This document shows positions 26,493 to 39,225 of a stretch of DNA of 64,000 nucleotides, in pieces. The notes beneath the pieces were generated by a model. The model was not told the DNA's origin, searched no databases, and saw only the letters and a program-made list of their open reading frames with translations. A program made the translations under genes and the position numbers. This stretch comes from Eledone cirrhosa. Its lineage: Eukaryota. The stretch lies in assembly GCA_964016885.1 (NCBI GenBank), contig OZ024743.1, positions 348,874,001-348,938,000 of the forward strand. The letters are read 5' to 3'. Each line of letters opens with the position of its first letter. Position 1 is the first letter of the stretch.

Positions 26493-28039
26493 TGAATATT
26501 ATTCATCCTGTTTATTATTCAAGTGATTAAAAGTAACTAAATGTAACGTCGACGATGTCACACTCCCGTCAAGTGATAAAGGGCAGTTGAAATGAGAATC
26601 ATTTCAAAAGCTCACACAAGAATACCTATGAAGAGATGATAAAATATCTTAATTCGAGGATAAATACGAAATTATTGGATCTGTCGCCAGAATCGAGCGA
26701 GTGGTAGGTGTCTTGACTTCTTCTAGAAGTGGGGCACACAATCTTGGACGTGATAATGTATTAACATGATAACCTTTCCGGTCAATTTGTAGAAGTACAG
26801 ATGAAAAGCTCGACAACATTTTCAATCAGAGAAATATCTTGGGTAATATTGAATTGATTGTTAGCAAACTCTTTCCTTCTCAGCTAAATCATCATATTCA
26901 ATTGTATGTATCACCTGTTGAGGACAATGAGGGTGGTGTTGATAGTGATGTCTTCCAGCAATTAATCTGAAATTGGAGTGAGTGTGGAGACTACAACTTG
27001 AAGATGGCAGCTTCCCTGGGGAGTAAAGAAGGTTTGTTTAGAATTCTCTGTTTGGTCTCATGTAGTAATCCACGTATTGGACAGTGTGTCAATTCCATAA
27101 TATTCATACACTTGCTTCTCATATTTAGTTATTATAGGTGGCTATCTATGAGGATATTTTATTTGCTACCATGAAGTGTCAAAACAAGCGATTAAAAATT
27201 TGTATTATTGAATTGAATTTGATTAAGCTAAAATTGCATCATTTGAAGGTAGAAAAATGGTTTTGTTGCTCATGCTTACCTCTTGTCACCACTGACAGGG
27301 CAGTCAGATGTATATGTTCAACCATTACCTTATCGATGTATATTTTCTAGAATTACATCAAGATATTTCAACCATTGTGTTCTTTATTTTTATATGAACT
27401 AGAATATCAGGCAGAAACAAATCAATAATAGGAAACAGGGGAGGTAATTCGTAGAGATTGCTAACAAAAAAAAAAACCCCTAAAAATATTCAAGCATCTT
27501 TAACAGGAGATGAAGCTAATATGGTAATATTACATATGTATAATTTATATATTATCTTTCTCTGGATAGAAAAAAAAAAACATTGCTCGAACAATTATCA
27601 ATCATATTTGTATAACTAAATCTGGTAAACAAAATTACAATGATTTAGATGAGTCACAGTGTAATATGTTTTTCTGGGAATTTGGCACGATACCGAAGTT
27701 TGTATTTCAACTGAATGTTTGGTATTTCTTTCAGATATATATCAAGGCGTTGATTGCAACACGTATGGATTTACTCCACAATTAATTCCTATCACAAGTA
27801 ATTAATTACAATTTACTATATCAAAATGGCAATTTTTTTTAAATAAAAGAAGTATACTTCATCTATTGTTGAAAATATACACACAACATAAGAAACTGGA
27901 TATATATAATACTTTAATTCAGTTTAATATCAAGTTAATTAGATATTCTTCAATCGTTACAACCTTCAGACATTAGATATGGACTTAGGCATAGAAACTC
28001 GCGTGTCATGAGACGCATGAGGTAGCCAAAATACTTCAA

Positions 28040-28520
28040 TAAGCACGGTCAGATACATCTATCAATACATCGTTCCAACTTCTGTTGACGGATTTCAGGT
28101 CTCTGTCGATTATTTGCTACCCGTTCGTGATGTGACGTCTTCTTCGCCTCTTTCCAAGGCGGTAAACATACAGGACCTGATTAGGATGTCTCTCACTTTG
28201 TTGTAGTGTGATGTGTTCACACCAGCCAAATGGACGCTTGCACATGATCTTAAACGCACGTTGTTGGTGGATTCGTTGACGGATTTCTTTCATGGTGATG
28301 AAATCATCATACCTTATGCCAAGGATTATCAGTAGAAATGTTGTGTCAAATGTATCTAACTGATTCTCTTGGCTGGTCTTCACACTCTATGTTTCGCACA
28401 TATACAGGAGTGTTGAAAGCACATTGCTCTTGTGAAATCACATCGTGTACCAAGCGAAAGATGTTTGCTTCTCCAGATATTGTTGAGTTGCTTAAAGGCA
28501 CCCAAATATTTGATTATTAT
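28040..28520 (-). mobile_element. 3' part of an old RTE-clade LINE (continues from 39227-41340)
   Basis: GAFKQLNNIWRSKHLSLGT...SNVLSTLLY.CET...QLDTFDT..L.IILGI...WCEHI...P.QVL...GKRRRRR. Confidence 0.8.
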
Positions 28521-28801
28521 GCAATTATTTTTTCCACCATGTCCTTCATATGCATATCCAAACATCTTGCTCTGGGTCTACCCCTTGTTCTCTCGCCCGT
28601 TTGTTTTCCGCACGACAGATTTTTATGTGAAAAACCAACCACCAGGAGACCCGGGGTAGACCTCGAGAAAGATGGTTGAATAACAGTGATGAGCTTAACT
28701 GGTATCGCTTGGGGATCCATCAGGATTATTTGGAGATGGTTGCTTTTGACAGGACACGCTGGAAGGAGTGTTTGAGGACCCTACCCTCAAGATCGTTCCA
28801 G

Positions 28802-28803
<2 letters not shown>
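28520..28803 (+). mobile_element. 3' fragment of a second RTE-clade LINE, with an inverted piece and a (TAA)n tail
   Basis: Frameshifted RRP.GRPRERWLNN..EL.WYRLGIHQDYLEMVAFDRTRWKECLRTLPSRSFQE*; minus-strand GERTRGRPRARCLD just upstream. Confidence 0.6.
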
Positions 28804-28867
<64 letters not shown>

Positions 28868-28868
<1 letters not shown>

Positions 28869-29519
28869 TGTGCAGGATCTGTGGAGAGAGAGAGGAGACT
28901 GTGGCTCACATTGTGTCCGAGTGTAAACACCTAGCCCAAACCCACTATAAGGGCTGGAGACACGATGTGATGGGCAGGGTGATCCACTGGCACCTGTGCA
29001 AAGTAAACAATTTACCACATTCTGAGAAATGGTATGAGCATAGGCCAGAGGCGGTGATGGAGAACAATCAGGTGAAGGTGCTGTGGGATTTTAGGATACA
29101 GACGGACAAAAAACTGGAACACAATACACCTGACCTGGTGGTTGTGGACAAAGAAAAAAGATCGTGCCTGATTGTGGATGTGGCCTGCCCGTTCGACACG
29201 AGAGTGCAAGAGAAGGAGAGGGAGAAAATTAACCGATACCAGGACCTAAAGTGGGAGGTGAAAAGGATTTGGAACTGCCATGAAGTCAAAGTGTTCCCGA
29301 TTGTCATAGGCGCACTGGGGACTATCTCCAAAAGTTTCCAGGGATGGTTAAAGAAAATCGGCCCCTTCACGCTTTTTGGAACGCTTCAAAAGGCATGCTT
29401 GCTTGGAACAGCAAGAACCCTCCGATACGTCCTGAATATCTGAGGCTGCAGGTAGTGGCTTGATATTCAATCCAACGGACTTTCCAGTTAACCAACATCA
29501 ATGACTGAGATTCAAGGAA
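28868..29519 (+). mobile_element. 5'-truncated DongA copy
   Basis: ORF 28901-29443 nearly identical to the C-terminus of 17225-18265; same 3' UTR; (TAA)n on both sides. Confidence 0.95.
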
Positions 29520-29529
29520 TAGCAACAAC

Positions 29530-29568
<39 letters not shown>

Positions 29569-29570
<2 letters not shown>

Positions 29571-32500
29571 TTTCTTTATTAACCATAAGGGTTTACATAA
29601 CGTAGACATTAAGGACAGTGCAGGACAATACAGGACGGTACAAATGGGCATTTCTGCGTGTAAAAACAAAAACAGAGGATGTAACAAAAAAATAACAATG
29701 AAAAATTTCCCAATAGGGGGGAGACTTCGGAAGGACATTTATGGAGAAAGCCCAGTAAAAGGCCACAATGACCCTGACCACCAAGGTAAGTGCCCTCTCC
29801 CAGTTTTCCACCATTAATTTACAGATACGTACTCAGAGTAGGCCCATTCACTCGGGCCATTCTTGCTTCTCTCACCCATCTTTCAACAAAAATGCTGGGA
29901 AGAGAACACTTCCCTCTCTACCCTGATTTTCCTTTTCAAACGAAATTTGAAAAAGTTAATCGGGGCATCACCGAAGAGGTAAGTGCTCGTCTTCAGCCCT
30001 TTCAAACGTGTCCACCATACTATCTCTTTCGCCATGGCAACCAGACAGATAAAAACTGCCTGCCCTTCCCGGCTAAAGGAAGAGGGCGGGGCAATCCTCA
30101 CCATGGACTCAGATGATAGCTGGATCCGTCCTAAACGCGACAGCAGGTGTTCGACATAAACCCACAAGTCAGCAATTTTCGGACACTGGACGAGTGCGTG
30201 CAGGACGGTTTTGTCGCCCTGCGCGCATCTCGGACATGGCCGGCTGACGGCACCTCCATGCCTGTAGAGTTTATCCCGAACTGGCAAGGCTCCTCGGTAG
30301 CACTGCCAGGCCAGAGATTTCTGGAAGTTGTCCATAGGTCCCGGCCCGAAAGTTCTTCCGAAGAGATTGGCTAGTTGATTTTCGTCGACGCCTAGCGTTT
30401 CCCCAAGTACGTCGTCGCTCTTCCCCTCCACTAATCCTCTATGGAACGCTGAGGTGGAGTTTCCCCCGATCACATTGCCCGATTGGTTGAGGGCTGTGAG
30501 CGCCTGAAGACATTCCAGTCTCCAGGCGCTCCATCTCGGTCTTCGCTTGAACCAGGACTGCAGCTCCGTTAAGGAAACGAGCTGGGGAAATACGTGTCTA
30601 GCAAACGGCGACCACACCTGATCACCGTCGAGGAAGAGGTGGAGATGTCGTAGCCTGAGAGCGTGTCTGCGCATCATCAGCCACGGCATGACCTGCCCTC
30701 CACGTAGCGGGTGTTGACAGCAGATGGACCGCCTGACCATCGGAGCGCGTCCCTTCCACAAAAAGCGAAAGAGCAAACGCTCCAGTGCAGTCAGGCGGGG
30801 CTTAGGACAAGGTACGACGTTCAGGCGGTAGCAGATGACAGACGCGATGTACGCTTTAGCCACCTCCGTTCGACCTTTCAGGGATAGATTCCTCTCCGCC
30901 CATTTCTGGGTGAGACAAGCCACCCTGCTCGTCACCTCATCCCAGCTTTTGTCCGTCTGGAGGTCCGGACCGAACCAGACCCCTAGCAATTTAACCGGTC
31001 CGTCCGTCCAGCGTCCGAAGATTTTGTTGGACGGCATGGACCTGCCTCTCCAGGTGCCGAGCTGCGGGCCCACTGACTTTTCCTGGTTGATCATTGCTCC
31101 TGTCACCACTTCGTATTCTCTTAGTGTAGTGACAATCGCCTCGATGTGTTTGGCGTTCGACACCACTACGGTGACTTCGTCCGCATATGCTGACACTGAT
31201 CTCCCGTATCCTAGTTCGCGCGGGACGCCCCTCAACGTCTCCAGTTTGTGCAGTAATGGCTCGAGAGTCAATACGTACAAGAGGGATGAGAGAGGACATC
31301 CTTGGCGAACCTAGCGCATGATGTTGAACGGTTCCGAAAGGTGACCGTTCACTCTCACCACAGAGCAGATGTCGCTGTGGATGGCAGCGATCCAGCCTCT
31401 GAAGACGGGCCCAAAGCCAGCCGCCCTCAGGACTGCCACTATGTAACGATGGTCGACCCTATCGAAAGCTTTCGACTGATCTAAATTGATCAAGGACCCA
31501 CCCGTGCCAGGTTCCCCAGCTACACTCTCTACGATGTATCGCATGAGGTGGAGGTTGTCGTGGATGGATATGTCGGGAATGGCACATGTCTGCGCCTCTC
31601 CCACCAGACCACCAATGACAAGCGCCAATCTCTTTGCTAGCACCTTGGCCAAAATCTTGAACTCTGTGTTTAGCAGAGTTATGGGCCTGAAATTATCTAT
31701 GTTATCTCCCTTGTTCGTATCCTTTCTCAGCAGTGCCACCGCTCCTCGGCTCACAGAGCTGAGAATTCTCCCGTTCTGTTGCCAGTTGCAGTAGACGTCC
31801 GCCAAGAGGCCTCTGAACAAGTTTGGCATTTGTACGTAAAGTTCATAGGGCAGACCATCCAAACCAGTCGATTTACCCCTTGTGCAGCCAGTCACTGCCT
31901 CCCGTACTTCAGCGGCTATTATCGGCTTTTCGCAACACTCCGCCTCAGTGGCCGAGAGCCGCGGCAGTCCGTCGAGGTAGACACTAAAGTCCATCCCTCG
32001 ACCCGGCCCACCGCTGTCCCCGAACAGCTGAGCGAAGTGTCGCTGAAAAGCTTCACACATTTGCCCGGTATCGAGTAGCATGCGCCCGTCGTGGTCCACT
32101 AAAGACCGGATCGTGGCTTTGTTGCCACGACGCGCCTCCGCCACTCGGGCCCATTGAACGGCTTTCGTCCCCTCGTGTCTGAGAGAACGCACCCTAGCTC
32201 TGACAACGCAGCCTTCGTGCTTTGCATTGAAGAATTGTTCAAGGGTCAGTTTCGCCGCAAGCGCGTCGGTCACGATGCCTTTGCTAAGCGCCTCGTTTAA
32301 TTTTCTAACTAGTTCTCCCTCTGCTCTATCTTTCTCTATTGCTAAAGCCTTACTAAACCTAATGGATTCTATTCTAATCGCGCTTTTCAGAGAAAACCAC
32401 CACTCATTGTTGACGATGGGCCCCGTCAACGCCCGCTTAATTAGTTCGCTAATCCGGTCTCTGTGGGCCTTGCGCGCTGGTAAGCACGCGTTTAGCTTCC

Positions 32501-35500
32501 AGTAGCCGGGTCTTCGTCTATGAAGCCTTTCTAATTCAAGCACACAGATTACGAATTTGTGGACCGTGTAGCTGACTATCTTGAATTGTGGACAGCCTAT
32601 GCTAGACCTATCTATTTCCCTACAAAATACTCTATCTAGATATGATCTGGTGACCCTATGGGATTTGTCCAAGTTCACATTGGCACATTCGGGAAATCCA
32701 ATCGGTAACTGTCAGACAGTTCAAAACGCCTCAGCAGCTTGGTGAGGCTCTTACACCCTCCACCCTATCCGCTAATCCCACACAGTCCCAGCGTGCATCT
32801 AAGATCCCGTTCCAGTCGCCCACTAACACTAAAGAGCAGGACGTTCCAAGAAAGGTCTCCAGACGCCGGAAGAAATCAGGCCGCCCTGCTCCTGTCGGGG
32901 CATAGACTGCCACTAGCCTGAAAGCTTTCCCGTCTCCGCTGGTCACGTCCAGCACCACCAACTTACCCTCTGGGTCCAGGAAGATGGCCCGTATGGCGAA
33001 ATCCAAACCTCTCCGAAAAAGCACAGCAACTCCTCCCCCAGAACCAGGACGGCTGGGAGATGCGTACACATCGTAGCCACCGAAGATTGGTGCGAAGGCA
33101 CGTGCTTCGGAGATTCTGGTCTCGCTGATGGCCACTACATCTATGTTTAGTGATCTGAGGTCGTTGAGCAGGTGACCATGCTTCCATGACGACCCCAAGC
33201 CACGCGCATTTTTGCTGCCTATTCTGAGTGAGGTCATGTTTAAAATAGAGTGGAAAAGATGGGAAAAACCACTTACCGTACTTTTCGTAGAGGAAGGATG
33301 GTTTTTCCATCCCTTTTCACTTGCTCGTCTGGTGAAGGGACCGTTGAATCGTCCCTTCGGCTGGTCGTCGGCTCTTCTATGAGTATGTCCGAATATACTC
33401 TCCGGTTGAGAGACCCTCCTAGGTCTCTGAAATTACCAACCGCGCTGGGGAATTTCGTTTTAATGTTTGTGTAATTTTTCTGTGCTATTTTTAGCAGTCT
33501 TATGTTAGTTGGCGTTTTGATTGGTGCTGGTATTATGTAGTCGTGCTGTGAAATGTCTGTGTGTTCAATTATGTAAGTCATTAGTTTCTTGTTGTGTGTA
33601 TTTATTGCCGTGCATTTGTTTTTCTGGGGGTGAGGTGTGGTTCTGCAATTTTCTTGTCGTTGTTGCTGGGTGTGTGTGTTTTGTTGTTGTGTTTGCGATG
33701 TTGGTGCTTGTGGTGGTGGTGTTGAAGGTGTTATTGTTGTTGGCGGTGGGGTTGTCGCCGGTGGTGATGGTGGTGCTAGTGTGGGTGGTGATGGTGTTGG
33801 TGGTGGTGCTGCTGTGAGTCTCTTTGCAGTAGCCTTTACCCTTTTCTCATTTCTTTCCTCCCTTTTCGAAGGCGACGATGCGCTGCTCTGCGTTTGTGCC
33901 TTCTTACGACCTGTTGCCATCCCTCTCCAACCTCACACTCCATGTCTGATTCTGTGAGGTCGGGGAGGGGTACCAGCTCCACTCTTTCACTTGTTGTTGT
34001 TGGTGATGTTTGCACTGGAGTCTCTGTTGCAGCTGCATTTGGTATTGCTGTTGTTGTTGTTAATACTTCCACTGCTGCCACTGTTTTTGATTTCCGTGGC
34101 GTGGGTATGGGTGCCACGGACCTATCGTTCCTAGTTGCCGCTTGTCCTGTTGTTGGTAGCCGTAGAGCCGGTTTCGGAAGGAGGGGGCTTTCTCATTTCT
34201 CAGGGTCTTCTCGTTGCAGAAGGCACTGAGGTGAGTCTTCGATCCACAGCGAGAGCATTTCGGACGTTTGCCCTCAACACTTATGGGCATTTGAGTGCTG
34301 TTATCGAAGTCTATCACATCCGAGATAGCTTCGATGCACTCCTGGTGGGTTTGGATTAACATCTCAATGGAGGTGCCAACCCAATCTTCTCTTACTTTTT
34401 TCTGTACTTGCAGTACAGATGTTTTGTCCTCGATTCCGACGAGGACAGACGCGGCCAGCCAAGAAGGGGCCATCTCACAATTTTTTGCCCGCAGTAGGAG
34501 GGCACCAACACCATTTCCTCGCTCCTTAGGGTCACTAAGGATTGAGCCTTTGCCTCCTGGGGTGTGGCAAAAAGCACGTCTACGGTGGCATATTTCTTGC
34601 CTCGGGTGATGTGCGTTTTCCGCTGCCACACAGACCCTAAGGCTTTTTGTATTTGAGCCTCTGTGGCTCTTTCAACCCTACGGGATTTTGTGCTTACTGT
34701 GCGGTACGTGACCGTACAGTGCTGTTGGGTTTCGAAAAATGTTTCGGCTGCCATGCATATTGGTTGGTGTCCGGTTTTTATCACCATCTTCTTCGCTTCC
34801 TCTAATTCCTCATTTGTTATGCGGATGGTTTCCCGGTTCTTTGCGATACCTGCAAACGAGTTTGGTTTTTCTTTGCTGCTGTTGTTGTTGTCGTCAGAGC
34901 TGCTGTTACTTTTGTTGTTGCTGCAGGTACTACAACTACTGCCGCCGCCGCTGTAGCTGTGGTTGTTGTTGTTGTTGTTGTTGCTGCTGATGCTGTTGTT
35001 GTTGCTGATAATGCTGTTGTTGTTTATGCTGCTGCTGATGCTGTTGCGGCTGCTACTGTTGTTTTCCTTATCACTGTTGCTGCTGCTGCTGTTATTACGG
35101 CTGCTACTGCTATTATTCCTGACGTCAGACGAATGAAATGGGTTTTCGTATTTCCCGCACATCTTTTTCGTCGTTGTCGTCGACGTCGTGGAGAAATCTT
35201 GCACGCTTTGCACGTTATTTTTCTTTTCTGGCGTCGGTTGCGAAAGAGAAGGGAGGGAGAGAGACACATTTAGAGAAGGGAGGGAGAGAGACAATCTTCT
35301 CTCTGCTGTAGTGACGATTGAGAAAGAAGAAGACGGAATGAGTGGGAGTGACCTATGAACATTTTTTTTCGTAGGCATGTTTTTTTTTTTGTTTAAAATA
35401 AATATTTGGCACAAACCCCAATAAGCGGTTATTTAACCCCGAAGGGCCAAATAACGGGCAGAAAGACCCCTCTCACGAGGAGGGGGGTGTTTTTGTCTAC

Positions 35501-35593
35501 AATTTCGTTAAAGTTTTAAACAATTTACAATTGTTATAGCGGTCAAAATTTACAATACCTTACATAGCCGAGCCTCCGTCAACCATAGCATTC
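29569..35593 (-). mobile_element. Full-length Tx1-type LINE (copy B), frameshifted
   Basis: 5' UTR, ORF1 pieces (35414-33273), ORF2 from 33237 (APE: SKNARGL, SET, VYAP, LVGDWN; RT: NFRPITLLN, LDQSKAFDRVDH, AYADE; C-terminal CPRC...HAL..C), 3' UTR; (TAA)n on both sides. Confidence 0.95.
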
Positions 35594-35647
<54 letters not shown>

Positions 35648-36053
35648 TTGGAACACAATAGACCTGACCTGGTGGTTGTGGACAAAGAAAAAAGATCGTG
35701 TCTGATTGTGGATGTGGCCTGCCCTTTCGACACGAGAGTGCAAGAGAAGGAGAGGGAGAAAATTAACCGATACCAGGACATAAAGTGGGAGGTGAAAAGG
35801 ATTTGGAACTGCCATGAAGTCAAAGTGATCCCGATTGTCATAGGCGCACTGGGGACTATCTCCAAAAGTTTCCAGGGATGGTTAAAGAAAATCGGCCCCT
35901 TCACGCTTTTTGGAACGCTTCAAAAGGCATGCTTGCTTGGAACAGCAAGAACCCTCCGATACGTCCTGAATATCTGAGGCTGCAGGTAGTGGCTTGATAT
36001 TCAATCCAACGGACTTTCCAGTTAACCAACATCAATGACTGAGATTCAAGGAA
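35648..36053 (+). mobile_element. 5'-truncated DongA copy (RLE end only)
   Basis: ORF 35648-35977 and identical 3' UTR; (TAA)n on both sides. Confidence 0.95.
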
Positions 36054-36057
36054 TAAC

Positions 36058-36106
<49 letters not shown>

Positions 36107-36107
<1 letters not shown>

Positions 36108-38374
36108 GGCATTACATTCCTGCTACCGAAGAATGATGAGACAAACAATCCCAAAAATTACAGACCGATAACCTGCTTGACCACAATGTATAAAATTTTA
36201 ACATCAGTCCTAACTGAATACACATATGACCACCTGATAACAAATGACCTATTTCCCATTGAGCAGAAAGGGTGTAAACGAGGCTCATATGGCTGTAAGG
36301 ATCAGCTTCTGGTTAACAAAATGATACTGGAAGATTGTCATAATAGACACAAAAATCTATCGATTGCTTGGATAGATTATAAAAAAGCATTTGATAGTTT
36401 GCCACACAGTTGGATTGAAAAATGTTTAGAGATTTTCAAAATATCCCCCGTTATCAGGAGGTTTTTGTCATTCAGTATGAGGACATGGAGAACGACACTC
36501 CTTTTGAATAGTGAAACAAAATCACTGCAAGCTGGAGAAGTTAACATTAATTGTGGAATTTTTCAGGGTGACTCTTTATCACCGCTTTTATTCTGCATCG
36601 CACTTATACCATTAAGTAAAATGCTCAATGAAACAAAACATGGATATAGAGTCTATGACAAAACCATTAATCACCTGTTCTACATGGATGACCTGAAACT
36701 ATTTGCAAAAAATGATGAACAATTGCAAGGGCTATTATCCACTGTGAAGCAGTTCAGTGATGACATTAAAATGGAGTTTGGACTGGATAAATGCGCCAAA
36801 GCAACGTTCACCAGAGGAAAGCTGCTGAAGAGTTCAGACATTAATCTTGATCGGGGGAACGTGATAAGAGAGCTTGATCAAGAACAAACTTACAAATATC
36901 TAGGTGTTTGTGAAGGAGACGGAATCAAGCACTCGACAATGAGGGAAAGGATAAGGAAGGAATGTTACCGCAGAGTCAGAGCAATCTTAAGAACGGAATT
37001 GAATGCAGGGAATAGGATCGATGCCATAAACACGCTTGCCATACCAGTAGTAACCTACAGTTACAATGTCATCAACTGGTCAAGCACAGAGATCCGTAGG
37101 CTCGATACAAAAATCCGAAAATTCTTAACCATGCACAGAATGCATCACCCTAAGGCAGACATAGATAGAATATATCTCCCTAGGAAAGAAGGAGGACGTG
37201 GGTTAATCCAGTTAGACATTGCGTTGAAAACTGCAACAATTGGATTATCCACATATCTAAGGGAATCACATGATTGGATGATCAAACTCGTTTTGAAACA
37301 CGAAAGCACCAAAAGATCATATTCCATTACAAAAGATGCACAAAGATACAGTAATGGACTACAAATTTCAGAAGTCCCATTTACTGCTGAAATGGAAAAC
37401 ACAGAAAAAGCAAAGCAGGTAAAAGTAACTGCAAAGAAAGAACTGCTACAGAAACTGGCTAAGAAATGGCAAGAAAAGCCTCTGTATGGAAAATACCCAG
37501 AGCGAGCTAACAATCCTGATGTTGACAAAACTTTAACCCATCAGTGGTTGGCATCCTCTGGACTGAAATCGGAGACTGAAGGACTGATTATATCCGCACA
37601 AGATCAGTGTCTGCCAACAAAAAATTACCAAGCCAACATAATAAAAAATGGGTGCAGCCCATTATGCCGTGTATGCAAAAAACAACCAGAGACCATTGAC
37701 CATATAATTTCAATGTGCAGTCCTATAGCTCCAGCCGAATACCTAAACAGGCATGACAGAGCTGCACAATACATACATTGGATAATGTGCAAGCATTTTG
37801 ACCTGCCCCATCAAAAGAATTGGTGGGAGCATCAACCACCTCCCATACTTGAAAAAGATCACATCTCAATCTTGTGGAACTTTAGCATCCAAACAGACCG
37901 AAAAATAGATGCAAATAGACCTGATATAATATTGAAGGACTTTCAAAGGAGGGTATGCCTGCTAATTGATATGTCTGTTCCAATAGACAAGAATGTATCT
38001 ATAAAAACATTTGAAAAATTGAGCAAGTATAAGGACCTGGAGATAGAAATTGGAAAAATGTGGAAATTGATAACTAAAACAATACCAGTGGTTGTAGGCG
38101 CTCTGGGAATGATACCTAAGGGGTCTAACGACTACTTATCGCAAATCCCAGGAAACCCGCGTATAGGAGAAATACAAAAGATAGTACTAATGGGAACTGC
38201 CCATATACTAAGGAAGATCCTGTCAATATAAGTACATCACAAGTCTAAACACTAAGGATGCATGTGTAAATATGTGTGTTCTTTCTTGAACATGGCGGAC
38301 CTTGTTGTCTCTTGAGGTCACTGGTTGTGACTTGGTGATAACTCGTATAAACATAAAGCAAGATAAATGCAAAC
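36107..38374 (+). mobile_element. 5'-truncated R4/Dong element of a second family (DongB)
   Basis: Uninterrupted RT-CCHC-RLE frame and a 3' UTR distinct from DongA; (TAA)n on both sides. Confidence 0.95.
36177..38231 (+). CDS. Reverse transcriptase + CCHC + restriction-like endonuclease, 5'-truncated (frame open from ~36108)
   Basis: WIDYKKAFDSLPH, GIFQGDSLSP, FYMDDLKL, YKYLG, CRVCKKQPETIDHIISMC, NRPDIIL...LIDMSVP...EKLSKY. Confidence 0.85.
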   Translation: MTTMYKILTSVLTEYTYDHLITNDLFPIEQKGCKRGSYGCKDQLLVNKMILEDCHNRHKNLSIAWIDYKKAFDSLPHSWIEKCLEIFKISPVIRRFLSFSMRTWRTTLLLNSETKSLQAGEVNINCGIFQGDSLSPLLFCIALIPLSKMLNETKHGYRVYDKTINHLFYMDDLKLFAKNDEQLQGLLSTVKQFSDDIKMEFGLDKCAKATFTRGKLLKSSDINLDRGNVIRELDQEQTYKYLGVCEGDGIKHSTMRERIRKECYRRVRAILRTELNAGNRIDAINTLAIPVVTYSYNVINWSSTEIRRLDTKIRKFLTMHRMHHPKADIDRIYLPRKEGGRGLIQLDIALKTATIGLSTYLRESHDWMIKLVLKHESTKRSYSITKDAQRYSNGLQISEVPFTAEMENTEKAKQVKVTAKKELLQKLAKKWQEKPLYGKYPERANNPDVDKTLTHQWLASSGLKSETEGLIISAQDQCLPTKNYQANIIKNGCSPLCRVCKKQPETIDHIISMCSPIAPAEYLNRHDRAAQYIHWIMCKHFDLPHQKNWWEHQPPPILEKDHISILWNFSIQTDRKIDANRPDIILKDFQRRVCLLIDMSVPIDKNVSIKTFEKLSKYKDLEIEIGKMWKLITKTIPVVVGALGMIPKGSNDYLSQIPGNPRIGEIQKIVLMGTAHILRKILSI

Positions 38375-38395
38375 AATAATAATAATAATAATAAT

Positions 38396-39083
38396 ATGAA
38401 GCACCATATCTACAAGGAGGAGGCTAGCCCACTGTGCAGGATCTGTGGAGAGAGAGAGGAGACTGTGGCTCACATTGTGTCCGAGTGTAAACACCTAGCC
38501 CAGACCCACTATAAGGGCTGGAGACACGATGTGATAGGCAGGGTGATCCACTGGCACCTGTGCAAAGTAAACAATCTACCACATTCTGAGAAATGGTATG
38601 AGCATAGGCCAGAGGCGGTGATGGAGAACAATCAGGTGAAGGTGCTGTGGGATTTTAGGATACAGACGGACAAAAAACTGGAACACAATAGACCTGACCT
38701 GGTGGTTGTGGACAAAGAAAAAAGATCGTGCCTGATTGTGGATGTGGCCTGCCCGTTCGACACGAGAGTGGAAGAGAAGGAGAGGGAGAAAATTGACCGA
38801 TACCAGGACCTAAAGTGGGAGGTGAAAAGGATTTGGAACTGCCATGCAGTCAAATTGATCCCGATTGTCATAGGCGCACTGGGGACTATCTCCAAAAGTT
38901 TCCAGGGATGGTTAAAGAAAATCGGCCCCTTCACGCTTTTTGGAACGCTTCAAAAGGCATGCTTGCTTGGAACAGCAAGAACCCTCCGATACGTCCTGAA
39001 CATCTGAGGCAGCAGGTAGTGGCTTGATATTCAATCCAACGGACTTTCCAGTTAACCAACATCAATGACTGAGATTCAAGGAA
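38396..39083 (+). mobile_element. 5'-truncated DongA copy
   Basis: ORF 38396-39007 nearly identical to the other DongA copies. Confidence 0.95.
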
Positions 39084-39087
39084 TAAC

Positions 39088-39177
<90 letters not shown>

Positions 39178-39183
39178 AAGGAG

Positions 39184-39225
<42 letters not shown>

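Noticed and set aside
26495-27345. Possible minus-strand PLE remnant
   Set aside because: Only vague similarity to an endonuclease region and terminal motif; too decayed to support.
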